A stretch of DNA of 64,000 bases from Eledone cirrhosa (GCA_964016885.1 OZ024753.1:12462001-12526000); one strand, 5' to 3'. Positions 12,453 to 27,699 are shown, counted from the first letter of the stretch. Notes: generated by a model from the letters alone, not told the origin. Translations and numbers: made by a program.

Positions 12453-13498
12453 ATATATATATATATATAATATAATATAATATAATATATTATAGACTCC
12501 CGACCCGATGGTTGAGCTCTTGCCGTTTCAACAGCTAGTTTTAGACTCCGACACTTTATAATATAACTATACCTTACTACCCGAAGTATCGAATATATAT
12601 ATATACATATATATACATACATGCATTGACTTGTTTCAAGAAACACTAGTGGCATTGACTCTTATATAGAAGGAGATGAAGAAAGCAAGCTGAAGACAGC
12701 GTAGGGGAGAGAAAGGGAGTTAACGAGAGAGAGAAATATATATATATATATATATGGAGAGAGAGAGAGAGAGAGGAGGGGTGTGAGAGAGTAAAGTAAA
12801 CGGGTGTATTGGATAGGGAAAATGTAATAGAGATTGAGAGAAGGATGTGTTAGGCGTTAAAACTAGAGAGAGACTTAGAAAAAAAAAGAGTGAAAGGATT
12901 GGAGTTGGGTAACAAAACAAATATCAATGTAGACACGACATTAAATTGGAAGAAACTTTATTAGTTGGAAATGTTTGGAAATAAAAGTTTCGATGAAATT
13001 AAAGAGATATATATGCATTTGTAAATAGACAATAGACGAGCGTGAAGACAAAGAGATTTGAATAAACGTTAAGAAATATTTTGTCAATGACGAGAAAGGA
13101 ACGCCCAAATTTCAAAGCGAACGATATACATACGATGAGAAAGTAGGGAAATGTTTTGTGTCGTATTATGCCTAAACTTATTAAATTATCTCAGTGATAG
13201 TAAGCCAAACAAAAGCATAGCTGGTGGATTATAAGTAACAGAAAATAGAATAAAACAAGGAAGATATCATGGAAAGTATTACAACCGCTGTAGTTGAGAT
13301 CTCAGAAAATAGCCTCTGACCGCTAAAATTATCTGAATTGAAACTGAATTCTTACTGTATTGGAAGCAACATTGTACGATTTAATTCTAATATAATGACA
13401 TTTTACGCAACCACAAATATTGATCTTCTCTTTTCAATGTAGAAGAATATAAACATTGTGCATTATTGATTTATTTACTTGCTTTATTTTATATATGG

Positions 13499-13532
<34 letters not shown>

Positions 13533-13767
13533 CTGTGTATGTGTGCGTGTGTGTGTATATATATACATATATGTATACATAATATATATATGCACATATA
13601 TGTACACATGAATGCATATGTTTATATAATATATATATATATATGCACATATATCTGCACATATATATACACATAAATATATATGTATATGTGATATACA
13701 TACGCACACATATATATACACATATATGTATATATAATATATATATATATGCACATGTATATACACA

Positions 13768-13815
<48 letters not shown>

Positions 13816-13897
13816 TAAAACTGTATTAATGAATGCATGTATGCAAGTATGTGTGTTTGTGTATATTTGAGTATATCTTAGAATGTGTATGTGTATG

Positions 13898-13987
<90 letters not shown>

Positions 13988-14235
13988 CACACACACATAC
14001 ATACACATACGCATGTACATTCGGAGACATTATATATATATATAAGGCTCTGAATGAGAATGTGTGTATAAATATATAGGTGTTTAGTGTTACCCTACAC
14101 ACGAAGTATACAAGGGGAAGGGTCAGAAGTCAAACTGGTGGGTTAACTATATTGTGTTTGGTCTTATTCAAATTATTGTTGGTATTTGTAGACATTACAA
14201 TGAAGAATAGATACCAATACACTTACGGGAAAACA

Positions 14236-14260
14236 CACATATAATCACATTTTCCACACG

Positions 14261-14321
<61 letters not shown>

Positions 14322-14340
14322 TTGTATATATATATATATT

Positions 14341-14384
<44 letters not shown>

Positions 14385-14388
14385 TACA

Positions 14389-14443
<55 letters not shown>

Positions 14444-14487
14444 CTAAATATATATATATATGTATGTATATATATATATATATATAT

Positions 14488-14586
<99 letters not shown>

Positions 14587-14657
14587 AATATATATATATA
14601 TATATATATACAATTATATATATATATGTATATATATATATGTATATATATATACAA

Positions 14658-14696
<39 letters not shown>

Positions 14697-14733
14697 AATA
14701 TGTATCTAAATATATATATATATATGTATGTAT

Positions 14734-14770
<37 letters not shown>

Positions 14771-14992
14771 CAAATATATATATATATGTATATATATATA
14801 TATGTACATATATATACAAATATATATATATATATGTATATATGTATATATATACAAATATATATATGTATATATGTATATATATACAAATATATATATG
14901 TATATATGTATATATATACAAATGTATATATGTATATATGTATATATATACAAATATATATATGTATATATATATATATATGTATATATATG

Positions 14993-15027
<35 letters not shown>

Positions 15028-15152
15028 GTATATATATATCTATATATGTATATATATATCTATATATGTATATATATGTATATATATGTATATATATGTA
15101 TATATGTATATGTATATATATGTATATATATGTATATATATATGTATATATG

Positions 15153-15183
<31 letters not shown>

Positions 15184-15422
15184 GTATATATATGTATATA
15201 TATGTATATATATGTATATATGTATATATATATATATGTATATATATGTATATATATGTATATATATGTATATATATGTATATATATGTATATATATGTA
15301 TATGTATATATATGTATATATATGTGTATATGTATATATATGTATATATATGTATATATATGTATATATGTATATATATGTATATATGTATATATATATA
15401 TATGTATATATATGTATATATG

Positions 15423-15455
<33 letters not shown>

Positions 15456-15466
15456 GTATATATATG

Positions 15467-15519
<53 letters not shown>

Positions 15520-15543
15520 GTGTGGAAAATGTGATTATATGTG
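14236..15543. repeat. 1.3-kb degenerate (TA)n tract bounded by a perfect 29-bp inverted repeat
   Basis: cacatataatcacattttccacacgtata (14236) and tatacgtgtggaaaatgtgattatatgtg (15515). Confidence 0.85.
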
Positions 15544-15731
15544 ATTAAAATGTGATTATATATATATACATATGTGTATATATATAAGTATAGATATATA
15601 TACTTCCTACGCACGCACACACATACCTATATGTATGTGTACGTATATATATATATATATATATATAGTTGTGGTGTATTTATGCTCATATATTACCTAT
15701 ATACTTATCACACACACACACACACACACTC

Positions 15732-15806
<75 letters not shown>

Positions 15807-16231
15807 CACACATATATGTATATACAGATTAGTTTAAACAAGAATATCAATGGACACACAGATGTAAAATTAATGAGATAGTATATATTGGAAACAGTGA
15901 TTCCACAATACATACTTCATTTCTTTCAGTTATTGATGATTCCAAATGTTACTATTCCGTCTTAGTAACGATTGTGCCAAGTAGAGAATAGGAAACAAAC
16001 GGTTTACATCCAATATCACAGTTTATCGCTCCCCGTCCTCATAGAATGTAGTAAGGAGATTAGATTCCTTCCTTATTAGAGTTAACAAACAACGAACATA
16101 TCTATCTTCTGTCCGCCAAAATAATATTTAGAGCGATATGTGTATATATGTAGTGAATGCTAACGAGAGTGTACAAATCTTGTATGTATATAGATGCATG
16201 CCTCGGCAGCGTAGATTAATTATATATTTAA

Positions 16232-16640
16232 GGGCGGTGGATTGGCAGTATCGGTAGAGAGTCGGACGCCATGCTTTCCAGCACAGTTACGTCCCTTTAC
16301 GGTCTGAGTTCAAATCCCGCCGAGGTTTACTTTACCTTTCATCCTTACGGGGTCGATAAAATAAAGTACCAGTAATGCACTGGTTAATTGCTGGCCTTGT
16401 GCCTAAAGTAGAAACAATTATTATTATATATTTATTAATTCTATATATAAGAGTGGTGGATTGGCAGTATCGGTAGAGGCTAAGACGCCATGTTTTGCAA
16501 CAAAGAGTTACGGCCCTTTATGGTCTGAGTTCAAATCCCGCCGAAGTTAACTTTGCTTTTCATCCTTACAGGGTTGATAAACTAAAGTACCAGTAATGTA
16601 CTAAGTAATTGCTGGCCTTGTGCCAAAATTAGAAACAATT
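16232..16640 (+). mobile_element. Two tandem SINE family 1 copies
   Basis: Both have gtggattggcagtatcggtaga (A box), gagttcaaatcccgcc (B box) and a ..gaaacaatta end. Confidence 0.85.
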
Positions 16641-16691
16641 AATTATATATATACATACATGCATATGTATATATGTATAATATATACATAG

Positions 16692-16723
<32 letters not shown>

Positions 16724-16832
16724 CTCTCACTCTCTCTCTCTCTCTCTCTCTCTCCCTCGTTCTCTCTCTCTCGTTCTCTCTCTCTCTCTCTCTTTCTAAT
16801 TACATATATATATATGTATATATATATAAGCA

Positions 16833-17002
16833 GTCGATTGACTTTGGTCAAATCGGACCGAGGAAACAATGTTTCCGTTGGTCTTTCCAATTGCTAATAC
16901 TATCTATCGGTCGCAACTGCAAGTAGAAGGAGGAACGTGAAATAAAGTGTCTTGCCCAAGTAGACAACGCATCGCCCGGTCCAAGAATCGAACTCAGCCA
17001 CG
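16833..17002 (-). mobile_element. SINE family 2 (CORE-like)
   Basis: Reverse complement of 18313-18522. Confidence 0.7.
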
Positions 17003-17520
17003 TGCCTTCATACAAGGACGATTTGATAAGCCTTCATTACGTTTATTGATTGTTAACGCGCATTTCATCATTGATCAGCTCAAGGTTCGATTTGTATCGA
17101 TCTGGCTCGACTCTGGAATCAAAGGCTCGTTGGACCTCTATTTTAGTATTAATATATATGTATTTCCTCACTCAAGAAGGCTTCAAACAGAGGCATCGCT
17201 TGATATATGACAATTTCTGTGACGCATGGCATTGCTGGCCATCGGCAAACCCCAAGAGGACAAGCAAGCCATGTCCGTAATTCCCTAATAATCTTGCTTA
17301 CGTATCAAGCTATGGCATTACTTGAAATCGTGTAGTAGCCATCATATATATATATATATATAATGTAGGAGGTCAGTTTTATTTTTCATCCTTTCCACCA
17401 ACCCCCCCCCCCCCTCAATTTTTTTCCCAATATCACACATCAATCTAAAACTACTTTTCATATGTTGATTTAAAACTGCACTATTCACAAGTGTTTTTTA
17501 AACTTCATATCATGTCTCCC

Positions 17521-17591
17521 TATTTTATCTGACGAAAACGCAAATGTCATCGCATGATGATATTTGTTTTTGAAATGCGCATAATAAAATA
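17521..17591 (+). ncRNA. Hammerhead ribozyme, family G (tailless copy)
   Basis: tattttat CTGACGA aaacgcaaatgtcatc gcat gatgatatttgttttt GAAA tgcgca TA ataaaata. Confidence 0.85.
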
Positions 17592-17644
17592 CATGGAACT
17601 CTTTTAACCATCTTTTGATCTTATATATATATATATATATAGTA

Positions 17645-17822
17645 ATAATAACTGTTTCTACTTTTGGCACAAGGCCAGCAATTAACCAGTGTATTACTGG
17701 TACTTTATTTTATCGACCCCCGTAAGGATGAAAGGCAAAGTTAACCTCGGCGGGATTTGAACTCAGAATGGCAAGGGCGGTAACTCTATGCGTCAAAGCA
17801 TGGCGTCCGACCCTCTACCGAT
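17645..17822 (-). mobile_element. SINE family 1
   Basis: tggtactttattttatcgacccc..aaggatgaaaggcaaag..ggatttgaactc. Confidence 0.85.
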
Positions 17823-17990
17823 TAATGAATTTGAAGACTAAAATCCAAAGAAGGCTCGATAAGGAGAAATATATATCATATATATAATAACCGTAGAGCA
17901 AATATATATATGATCTGGCTGTCGAAACGGCCGGAGATCAACCATCAGTATCCTGACTCTTTTCCTATATATATATATATATATATATAT

Positions 17991-18300
17991 GCAAAAGTTC
18001 TATTTAAATTGTTGGGATACACCAAGCAAATATTTTTATAACTGATATAAAGCACTCAACAATTATTTGGAGTAAACATACGATATTAACAAATGGAAAC
18101 TATATTTATAAAACCATATTTATTTCATTATACATATTTCAATGACACCAAGTTAAATTATGCTGTGCTTTCATGAGACAAAATATAATATAGATCAGTT
18201 TACTCTAAGGACCTACCCTTATTGAGTACTTTGCTACTCATTCCTAATTGTAGGACGACTTTGCTTGGCCGCAGCCTAAGCCTTGATTTCACTCAGCTTC
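17991..18300. mobile_element. Family A long arm (minus; core mutated to CUCAUGA) joined to a family J-like tail (plus)
   Basis: 17991-18200 matches 310-520. 18201-18290 (tactctaagg..ccttattgagtac..) resembles the reverse complement of 45195-45290. Confidence 0.6.
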
Positions 18301-18312
18301 CACTTGTATATC

Positions 18313-18522
18313 AGCGTGTGGCTGAGTGGTTAGAGAATTGGATTCACAATCTTGAGGTTGTGAGTTCGAGTCCTGGACCGATCGATGCGTTATGTCCTTG
18401 AGAAAGACATTTTATTTCACGTTGCACCTTCTACCTGGAGTTGCGACCGATAGATAGTACTAGCAACTGGAAAGACCGATGGAAATATTGTTTCCTCGGT
18501 CCGATTTGACGAAAGTCGATCG
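18313..18522 (+). mobile_element. tRNA-derived SINE family 2 (CORE-like)
   Basis: A box tggctgagtgg, B box gagttcgagtcc, then gtccttgagaaagacatttt. Copies at 22300-22450 and 43370-43500. Confidence 0.8.
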
Positions 18523-18528
18523 CAAAAA

Positions 18529-18600
<72 letters not shown>

Positions 18601-18637
18601 GTGTGAGTGTGTGTGTGTCTATCCCCATTTCTTTCTT

Positions 18638-18688
<51 letters not shown>

Positions 18689-19265
18689 TATATATAATGT
18701 AGATTACTATGAAATCCATTCCAGTTTACATTGATTTTACATATGCATATTAAACAATTCTTGTATATGTATAAACTCACACCATAAAATCTCGCGATCT
18801 CCCCAGTCAAAAGATTACTAAAAATAAAAGAAAAAAACGATTTATTAACTTAGTTATTAATTGGCTCACATTCTACATTTTATATACATCATTTAGTTAC
18901 TTAGAACCGTCTAAACACACACAACCCTCACATAAACATCGATATAGCTGCGTCTATTCAAACATTTCTGCATTCATATTCAGTGAAACGTAACATAACC
19001 GTCCATGAGTGACACGAAGATCACTGCTGTCAATTTTAATCACTATTATTTGCCTTTCTGAACCTTAGACTATTCTCTGAATGAATACAGGCAATTTTGT
19101 AAGAGTTCAGTTGTTAGCCATAGAAAACCTCATCCATATGACAATGCCTCATCAATAATGGTCGATCGGCATTATATCGAATGAGTTGCTGAACATAAAC
19201 ACAGTGGTAAATTAAATAAGATATTCGTGTGTTGGTATGTGGAGTGTCGGGGTCCTGACTCTTTT

Positions 19266-19304
<39 letters not shown>

Positions 19305-19305
19305 T

Positions 19306-19365
<60 letters not shown>

Positions 19366-19463
19366 TGAAAAATGGCGTGTTGTGTTGTTGCAAATGTGAT
19401 ATATATATATATATATATATACAATATATTAACAAATGGAAACTATATTTATAAAACCATATT

Positions 19464-19529
19464 TATTTCATTATACATATTTCAAGGGCCACCAGAGCAA
19501 ACTATGGTGTGCTTTCATCAGATAAAATA
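19464..19529 (-). ncRNA. Hammerhead ribozyme, family A
   Basis: UAUUUUAU CUGAUGA aagcaCACCA..UGGUGgccc uu GAAA UAUGUA UA AUGAAAUA. Stem II covaries with the 1055 copy (UACCA/UGGUA). Confidence 0.8.
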
Positions 19530-20779
19530 TAATATAGGTTAGTTTTATAAATAAATATTGACATACCCTTAAAAAATGCAACCATTCTGGTTGGAATCTC
19601 CTGGATAATGGAGTTATTAGATTTATTGTTGGTTTATTATGCAAATTAGTGTTGGAAAGGTTTAAATAACAGTATATTTAAATTAGTATATTTAAATTAA
19701 GCCGTTGGAATAGGGAAAAAAGAAAAAAAGAAAGAATATATTGTATATTTACTCCAATAATGTGTTGAGTGCTTTATATCAGTTATAAAAATATTTAGCT
19801 TGTATCCCAACAAATTAAATATAACCTCTACACATATATATATATGTGTGAGTGTATGTGTGTGCGTGTTTGTGTGTGTATGTGTGTGTGTAGCTTTTGT
19901 GGAAGGGAGGTGGTTGTTTCGTTGAAGCTTATCTCTGTGTACATGCCTAATGAAATATAGAAAAACATAGAAATAATATATATATATATGTATATATATA
20001 TATACACACATATATATATATATACACACGGATCATTGCATGAACAATGTCTAGACCTCTCGGTATTTCTCTCTCTTTCTTTCTGTATATATACACACGC
20101 ACGCATATATATATTATTATACTTTGGGAGGGTCATGTTGCCAATAAGAAACACACGCACCATGCTTCACTCCAATTTATTATAAATTAAATTTATAAAT
20201 TTAAGAATTTATAAATATCCGGTTGGTTGGTTGGTTCCATAACCGGACGGTTGTTCATATATTGTCATAGTTCTTTCGTCACACATTATGTGACCTCTTC
20301 AGTGACTGGGGATTTTTTCTTTGTTTTTGTGCCTCTCCTTTGTTCTGTCCTACGCCATCTTGTTTTTGTGTAACACACAAAAACAACATGACCCTCCCAA
20401 AGCATAACAATATCGGTTTCAACACACGTTTTCAGATAAAGAATATTGCTAAACAAATTCAGAAAAGAAATATATATATATATGTATATGTGCGTGTGTA
20501 AAAGTACAGTTGAAAATAATTTCATTGAAACGAAACTCTCCTCTGTAAACTTATACTTATCCAAGTTTCCACGTAAGAAGTTCTTTCTTAAACGTTAGAA
20601 ATTCCAAAGCAATGATTATACTCATGTACCGCAGCATGCCCACATTACAGCTGTTAAAATATATTAAACCCAAGGGATGTATATATCTGATAGAGAAAAT
20701 GATCTTGACTATATTATATAGAGACATTTGTGGAGGGGAGAAAATTATTTATCTACTATATAAATTGGAAGTGGTCGGA

Positions 20780-21160
20780 CGTTGAATATTTAAGTAAGTA
20801 GGTTTAGCCGGATAAACGTCGAAACGGCTTGGTGGAATGCAGCGAAAATGTACACAGTTATGCAGAATGACCCGAGAAGGCGTTGAGTCGAGCTTTAGGG
20901 TACAAGCTTCCACGGAGCAAATCGATGAAACAGCAATTTCCCATTCAAAATAAACTGAGAGTAATTTGTGGACGCAGAAGTCAATATTTCGAGAAACGTT
21001 CCAACCGAAGGAAAACAGGAAGACGATTTTTGGTTCGTGAAGACGTTCTCTGGCAATGAACGGGGGGAAAAGCGAGGATAATACGTCGTTATGTGGAGTG
21101 TGAAGAACAATTTCATGTAAAGACAAGACCAAGTTTCCGGTATAAATGGAGTCGTTAGAC
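20780..21160 (+). pseudogene. Possible highly decayed pogo/Tigger transposase relic
   Basis: Fragments across frames resemble pogo motifs: ..KRRNG.., IDETAI, ..KTKFPV.. Several stops and frameshifts. Confidence 0.3.
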
Positions 21161-21398
21161 TAATATTCTATTTAACATAACAGAATAATTTTCAGCCCCG
21201 GAGTTTAAGAATGATGTAAATAAAATTGAAAACGAAAATGACAGAGGTTATTAAAATAGTAAAAGTAAATAGTGAAGATTTAGGCCAGTACATACGTATG
21301 CCCCGATGAACATACACATACATACGCACACACAAATACATACCCCCCCCCCCCACACACACAGACATATCATACACACAAACACACACACAAGCACA

Positions 21399-21449
<51 letters not shown>

Positions 21450-21452
<3 letters not shown>

Positions 21453-21898
21453 AGCGCGCGCGTGTATAAAACTTATGCATTTCTACAGTATTTTCACCAA
21501 ACTTAAGACATAGGTTACTTATGTACTACGGATGGTCATGGGCACTTTCATTTTTACAAATATTGATTACAGGGCCTCCCAGCAGATAACCCCCTTTATC
21601 CACTTCCTTGGAGTCGAATGAAGCACTTCAGTGCAATGCAACAAAGCGTCATAACTTCTTGAGTTCGCAACCGATTTTCACAAAACTTGACACTTGGGCT
21701 ACGTTTGTCCTACAGATGAATATGAACTCTCAGAATTAGCACATATTGAGTAGGGGACCCCTGGGGGCAGGAACCCTCTTTTGGAAAAAGCCGATGATTT
21801 TGTAAAAGTATAGTTTTCGAAGTAGCACTGAAGTATTGACATAAATGGTATACACAACTGCTATTTAATACCCGAGCAACGCCGGGTACCTCTACTAG
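21450..21898 (+). mobile_element. Non-autonomous Helitron-like element (3' end)
   Basis: Hairpin tacccg-agcaacgc-cgggta followed by CTAG|T. 5' boundary uncertain. Confidence 0.6.
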
Positions 21899-22025
21899 TA
21901 GAATATAAATTGAAAAAACATACAAAAGAATATAGCAGCGTTTCTCTCAAGATTTTAGAATTAAACATTTTTTGGGAACTACATTTGGAATCTATATATA
22001 AATTTCAGCAATTTCCGTCACACTG

Positions 22026-22107
<82 letters not shown>

Positions 22108-22508
22108 TGTGTGTGTGTCAATGAATGTTTGTGTAAAAGAAAGGAAGGGGAATGTAGCAAAACAGTGATTGGCGTTACGTTTGATACACTGTGTTTGAGT
22201 GTATGTGTTTGTTTGTGTAAATGTATGTGTGTGTGTTTGTGTGAATGTATGTATGTGTTTCTGAATACATGTGTATATTTGTGTAAATGTTTCTGTGAGT
22301 GTGATTTCGATTCCCCGACCGGGCAATGTGTTATGTCCTTGAGCAAGACACTTTATTTCACGTCGCTCCTTATGGCTGGATTTGCGGCCGACAGATAGTA
22401 TTAGCAATTGGAAAGACTAATGGAAACGTCGTTTCCTCGGTCCGATTGGAGAGCTCCACCCCATTCGTTCAGCGAATGAGGTCTGGGATCTTGTCGATCG
22501 ACAGTCTC

Positions 22509-22625
<117 letters not shown>

Positions 22626-22694
22626 GTGTGAGTCAATAGATACGTATGTTTTGTATCGTATATATCAATTTATGAATGTATACAACTTAAGCGT

Positions 22695-22885
22695 AATGGT
22701 TTGTCAGTATCGGATAACATGTTTTGCGGCATTGCGTTCTGAGCTCGAAATCACGTCGAGGTTAGCTTTGCCTACCATCCTTACGATATTGATAAAATAA
22801 AGTACCAGTAATACACTGAAGTCGATTTATTCGACATTCCACTCTTCTAAAATTGTTGGCCTTGTGTGTAAATCAGAAATTATTA
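22695..22885 (+). mobile_element. Degenerate SINE family 1
   Basis: cagtatcgga..gaggttagctttgcc..gataaaataaagtaccagta. Confidence 0.65.
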
Positions 22886-24639
22886 ATATATACAGCTGTC
22901 GGAAAGTGGAAACAAATATTTTCAACGTGGAAATGATACGAACTTGCGCTGAGATATTTGGTTTTACGTGTATATAATTATTTTCTTCTAATCAGCATAT
23001 GCTTACCGATATTATTGATATTAAACATATGAAGCTAATATGTATGTGATTGATAGGGTCTGTATCTGACCTGACTCGTGGATAAACAACATCAAAACTA
23101 CAGCAGCGCCAATAATATTAAGGGATAATTGATAAAATGATATATGGAGCTTTCTGTATCTGTAATGTTCAAGAAAGCAGAATATATGAATGTGTTATGG
23201 AGAACTGTATTTAGATTCCGTTACTCTCAGTAGAGATCAAAGACATTGTTAGTAAATATTTATTTACATCTAATTTGTCATTTACTTGAATGTAATACTT
23301 GAGATTCGGGGTGAAGTTTGTGGGGAAAGAAAACCGCCATTACGATATCTTTCTTTCATGTAGCTAAACGGAAAAGGAAGTTTAAATAAACTCCCTACGA
23401 TAGCATCATTCTTTAACACGACATTAAGATATGTTTATGTTAGCATGTCAAATCCAAGGTTAATATACATAAAAGTAAGCTTCATAAATTTGCAAACATA
23501 CGAGATTTATGATCTGGAATTCATATTTTACTCATAATTACGACATGCTATTTACGTAGAGTTAATGTTTCCATTATAGATCAGGCGAGGAATTAGCGGC
23601 ATATTAGATGCTGGAAATTTTGAATTTTATAGTTTACATTAGTTTCGCATTATTGCGTAACCCTTTAGCATATACATTGCTCTCTATTTACTATTATATT
23701 TTCATGGTAAAGGCTTTACCTCATATAATTATCTCACATAATATGGAAACTATGAGATTTTGATATTATTTATTTTGAGCACAATACCTTCACATAAGTA
23801 TGAGTGGTCAGTTACAGCCGGTTTGAACAGAAAGAGATGAACATTCTGACCGGATACCACCTGTTTAAATGCTAAAGGGTTAAACTAATATAATTCTAAA
23901 TCTGGGCATTTGTGATGAAGCAACATTTAAAAACAATGAATTATAGGGCTCCCAAAGATAGGATCCAAGTTGACAACTTTCATAACATTAGTCATTATTA
24001 CTAGTCTAAGGTCTAAAGTCTATCACGAGCTCGGAGGCTCAACAGGCCAGTCTTTAACCTGGTTTCCGTGGCATGAAGGACTGGCATCCTGTCCTCACCT
24101 GGACGGGATGCCAGTCCTTCTTAACAAACTGGGTTTGATGAATTCTTTTATAACGCCTCCGAGCAGATATGAGCTGTATTTTGGCTACACATGTAAAACA
24201 AATTGTCATTTGTCATTTGTCTTCGTCTTATCCTTGTTTGACGTCAATCCATTATTTTTGTTGACATCCATCATACAATTGTATTCAATCGGAGAGAAAA
24301 GTGATTGCCAGTCAAAATTATATATAATCCCGCCGAGGTTTACTTTGCCTTTCATCTTTACGGCGTCGATAAAATAAAGTACCATTAATGTACTTGGTAA
24401 TTGATGGCCTTATGCCAAAGTAGAAACAATTATATATATATAAATATATATGTGTGTATGTATGTGTTATGTATTTCCGTAGAAAAGGTAAAGGAAAGAA
24501 GGGTGCTCTATGTGTAGTACAGGGCTATTTAAATATGTAATAAACAACACAGTATAATTATTCCATTACCTAAGGTTTCATGAAATTAGACGATTCTAAC
24601 AGAAACGTCCAGTCTGCTCATCAGATTATATATATATAT

Positions 24640-25136
24640 TAAAATAATTGATTACAGTTTAAGCAAAGAATCGCTGCTTTCACCCTTAACGGGATCTTCT
24701 GAAACTAAAAAAATCAATCTGTGAACGCAGAAAAACGTTGCAACCGAAGGGAGACAGGTAGACGATACTTTGGTTGGTGGAAACGTTCCCTGGCAATATA
24801 TATATATATATTATATATATATATATATAAACGTTCCCTGGCAATATATATATATATGTATTATATATATATATATAAACGTTCCCTGGCAATATATATA
24901 TATATATATTATAGTAATAATAATAAATTTGAAGACTAAAATCCAAAGAGCGTTCGATAAGGATAAATATATATCAAATATATAAGAACCGTAGAGCAAA
25001 TATTTATTAAAATAACCGATTAAAGTTTAAGCAAAGAATCGCTACTTTCACCCTTAACGAGATCTTCTGAAGATCCCGTTAAGGGTGAAAGCACCGATTC
25101 TTTGCTTAAACTTTAATCTGTTATTTTAATAAATAT
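24640..25136. mobile_element. Family E cluster: HHR arm 24656-24706 (minus), reiterated cassette, palindromic copy 24912-25136
   Basis: Palindrome 25000-25136 centred on gatcttc-t-gaagatc (25068), inside the ribozyme core. Confidence 0.75.
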
Positions 25137-25154
25137 ATATATTATATATAAATA

Positions 25155-25222
<68 letters not shown>

Positions 25223-26310
25223 GTTCCCTTGCAATATATATATTATATATCAAATCTAAATAAGCAGAAGTGGTGGAGGAAATTAATCTCGTCTTTAGAA
25301 TCAGCGACGTCAGTATATTCAAAAGTGGATCTCAGTTATAAGTTACCAAAACATGCCATCCCTACTGGGTTCTCAATTTCCGTGGGTGTCCTTTGTTTTT
25401 AACTAAGAATATCTGGCAACATTTCCCTTTACTTCATTTTAAGCAACAGTTTAGACCCTTAAATTATAGGCATGAATTGTCCCGTAACTACTGAAGGAGT
25501 CGTAGGGACGCCAGAGTGACATACAGCGTTACTAGGGCGTTTTAAAATCTGGCGGAGCCCATCTCACCTCCAGGTGTGTTTACGGAAGATTTGTTCCAGA
25601 GAAAAGAGAGTGAGAAAATGTATGTGACAAAATTATATAGATGAACAATCGACCCAAGTATTTGACTAGTACTATTTTATCAATCTGGAATGTATCAAAG
25701 GTTAAGTTAATGTCAGCGAGATTTCTACTGAGAAAGAAAAGACCCGAACCGAATACTGCAAAGCACTCTAACGAACCTACTACTTCACCGCTTCACAAAC
25801 TATATAGCCATTGATTAATATCATGAATTCCCTATTTACGAAAATACCAAATCAAACACAAATCATCATGTTTAATAATTATCTTTATTTAGACACGATT
25901 AATATTTGTATTGCGGATTTACTGAAGTGATACCTCCAAAATGTTCAATTTATTATGTGTCTCTTACTGATCATATCGATGATTGCTTCTTCTCGAAATA
26001 GTTTTACCACACAAAAACCAACAATGTCTTCCCTAACGTCACACATACAGGAAATCGTATATATCTTTAGAAACACTTGTAGTGATGCTGACAATTCGAG
26101 GATATTGCCACGTTACTGCATAATTGTATCATATGTTTATTTAGTTATTTTTAACATTTTATGTAGAACGAACATTTACAAATGCACATTCACACGCACG
26201 CACACACATGCACACACACGCACTCACACACACACACACACACACGCACACATACACACACGCACACATATACACACACATACATATATATATATATAAA
26301 TATATAAAAA

Positions 26311-27530
26311 TCTATGTTGATCCTATGGAGGAGAGGAAGGAAAATATGGAGGCGATGTGATGAGGGAAGAACTCTGTACCACTTAAACTGAGGCCAGAGA
26401 TGAGGCGCTGGAGAAAGCGGTTGACAGCTCTGGGTGTAAGGAGAGTTGGATGATCATCAACGAGATCACAAGTAGGAAGAGAAAGGGTTCGAATCAGATC
26501 CAGGGAACAGGGCCCGAGGAGAGGAAGAGGAAATGGCTGGACCATTTTAGGACCCTGCTGGGAGAGTCACCCTCCACAGCCAAGAACAATGGGGAGATCA
26601 TGGGCTGTTTGAGGAACTGGATATTGAGACAGGACACTTCACCAGAGAAGAGCTTCAGAGAGGCAAGAAGAAGATTAAAGAGGGAAAGGCTAATGGAGAA
26701 GATGGAGCGCATCAGAGGTGATGAAGAGGTGTGATTTTGATGATATCATCCTGGGGTTCTGTAAACAGGCACTGGAGAAAGAAGTTGCCCCGAATCAACA
26801 GAGGATCAGTAACATCGTCCCAGTGCCAAAGAAGGGAGACCTCTCTAACACCAACAACTACAGGGGTATGTCACTGACGTCACTTTTGGCAAAGACCCTC
26901 AACAGGATGATTCTTAACAGGATCCAGTCCGAGATACTCAGGGACATCCAGAACGGCTTCAGAGAGGGAAGATCAACCACCAGTCACATTCTGATGCCAA
27001 GGAGGCTATTAAAGGGAGCTAGAGGAAAGAGTCTGACTGTTGTCATGGTTTTCATTGATTTTAGGAAGGCCTTTGATTCTGTGGACCGTCACTGCCTGAT
27101 CAAGATCTTACAGGCTTATGGAATCCCCAAGATAGTGAACCTGATATCACTGCTCTACCAAAGCCTAAGTTATTATACCTGATGGGATGACGGAGTTCTC
27201 TGAGATACTGGCTGAAGTGCTCCAGGGAGATACATTAGCTCCTTACCTTTTTATCATCACAGTGGGCTATTGTAAGCGCCTTGCGCTGGGGAAACACCAG
27301 GACTCTGGCTTCACTGTAGCACTGGCTCAGGGCAGGAGAGTTAAGGCAAAAAAGGAATCGGATGCTGAATTTGTCGACGACATAATTTTGGTGACAAATA
27401 CAGTGAAGGAGGCAGATGAGTTGATGCAGGAGGTGGAGACTGTGTCGATGAGTGTGGGGCTGAGAATGAATGAGATTAAGACGAATTATCTGGTAGAGAA
27501 TATTAAGAAGCCAGTAGAAATTATTATGAT
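26311..27530 (+). pseudogene. RTE-like LINE reverse transcriptase remnant
   Basis: IVPVPKKGDLS..NYRGMSL..QNGFREGRST..FIDFRKAFDSV..QGDTLAPYLF..FVDD. Frameshifted. Confidence 0.9.
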
Positions 27531-27699
27531 AATAAAAGTATGGTTAAACATATACTGTTGAGTGCTTGAAGTCTGTTATATATAAGTCAGCTGATTATAA
27601 ATCGACTAACTCTTTTTCATTGAACATGTGACCTCCACCCATCCCAATGACCACCCTCTCCTACCACCAGAAAAGTTATAAATACCACCATATTACTTG

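Noticed and set aside
18313-18385. tRNA gene
   Set aside because: A and B boxes are present but there is no proper acceptor stem, and it continues into a repeated SINE body.
20818-20831. gtcgaaacggcttg identical to the family C core
   Set aside because: Isolated 14-mer with no flanking similarity or stem III partner; likely chance.
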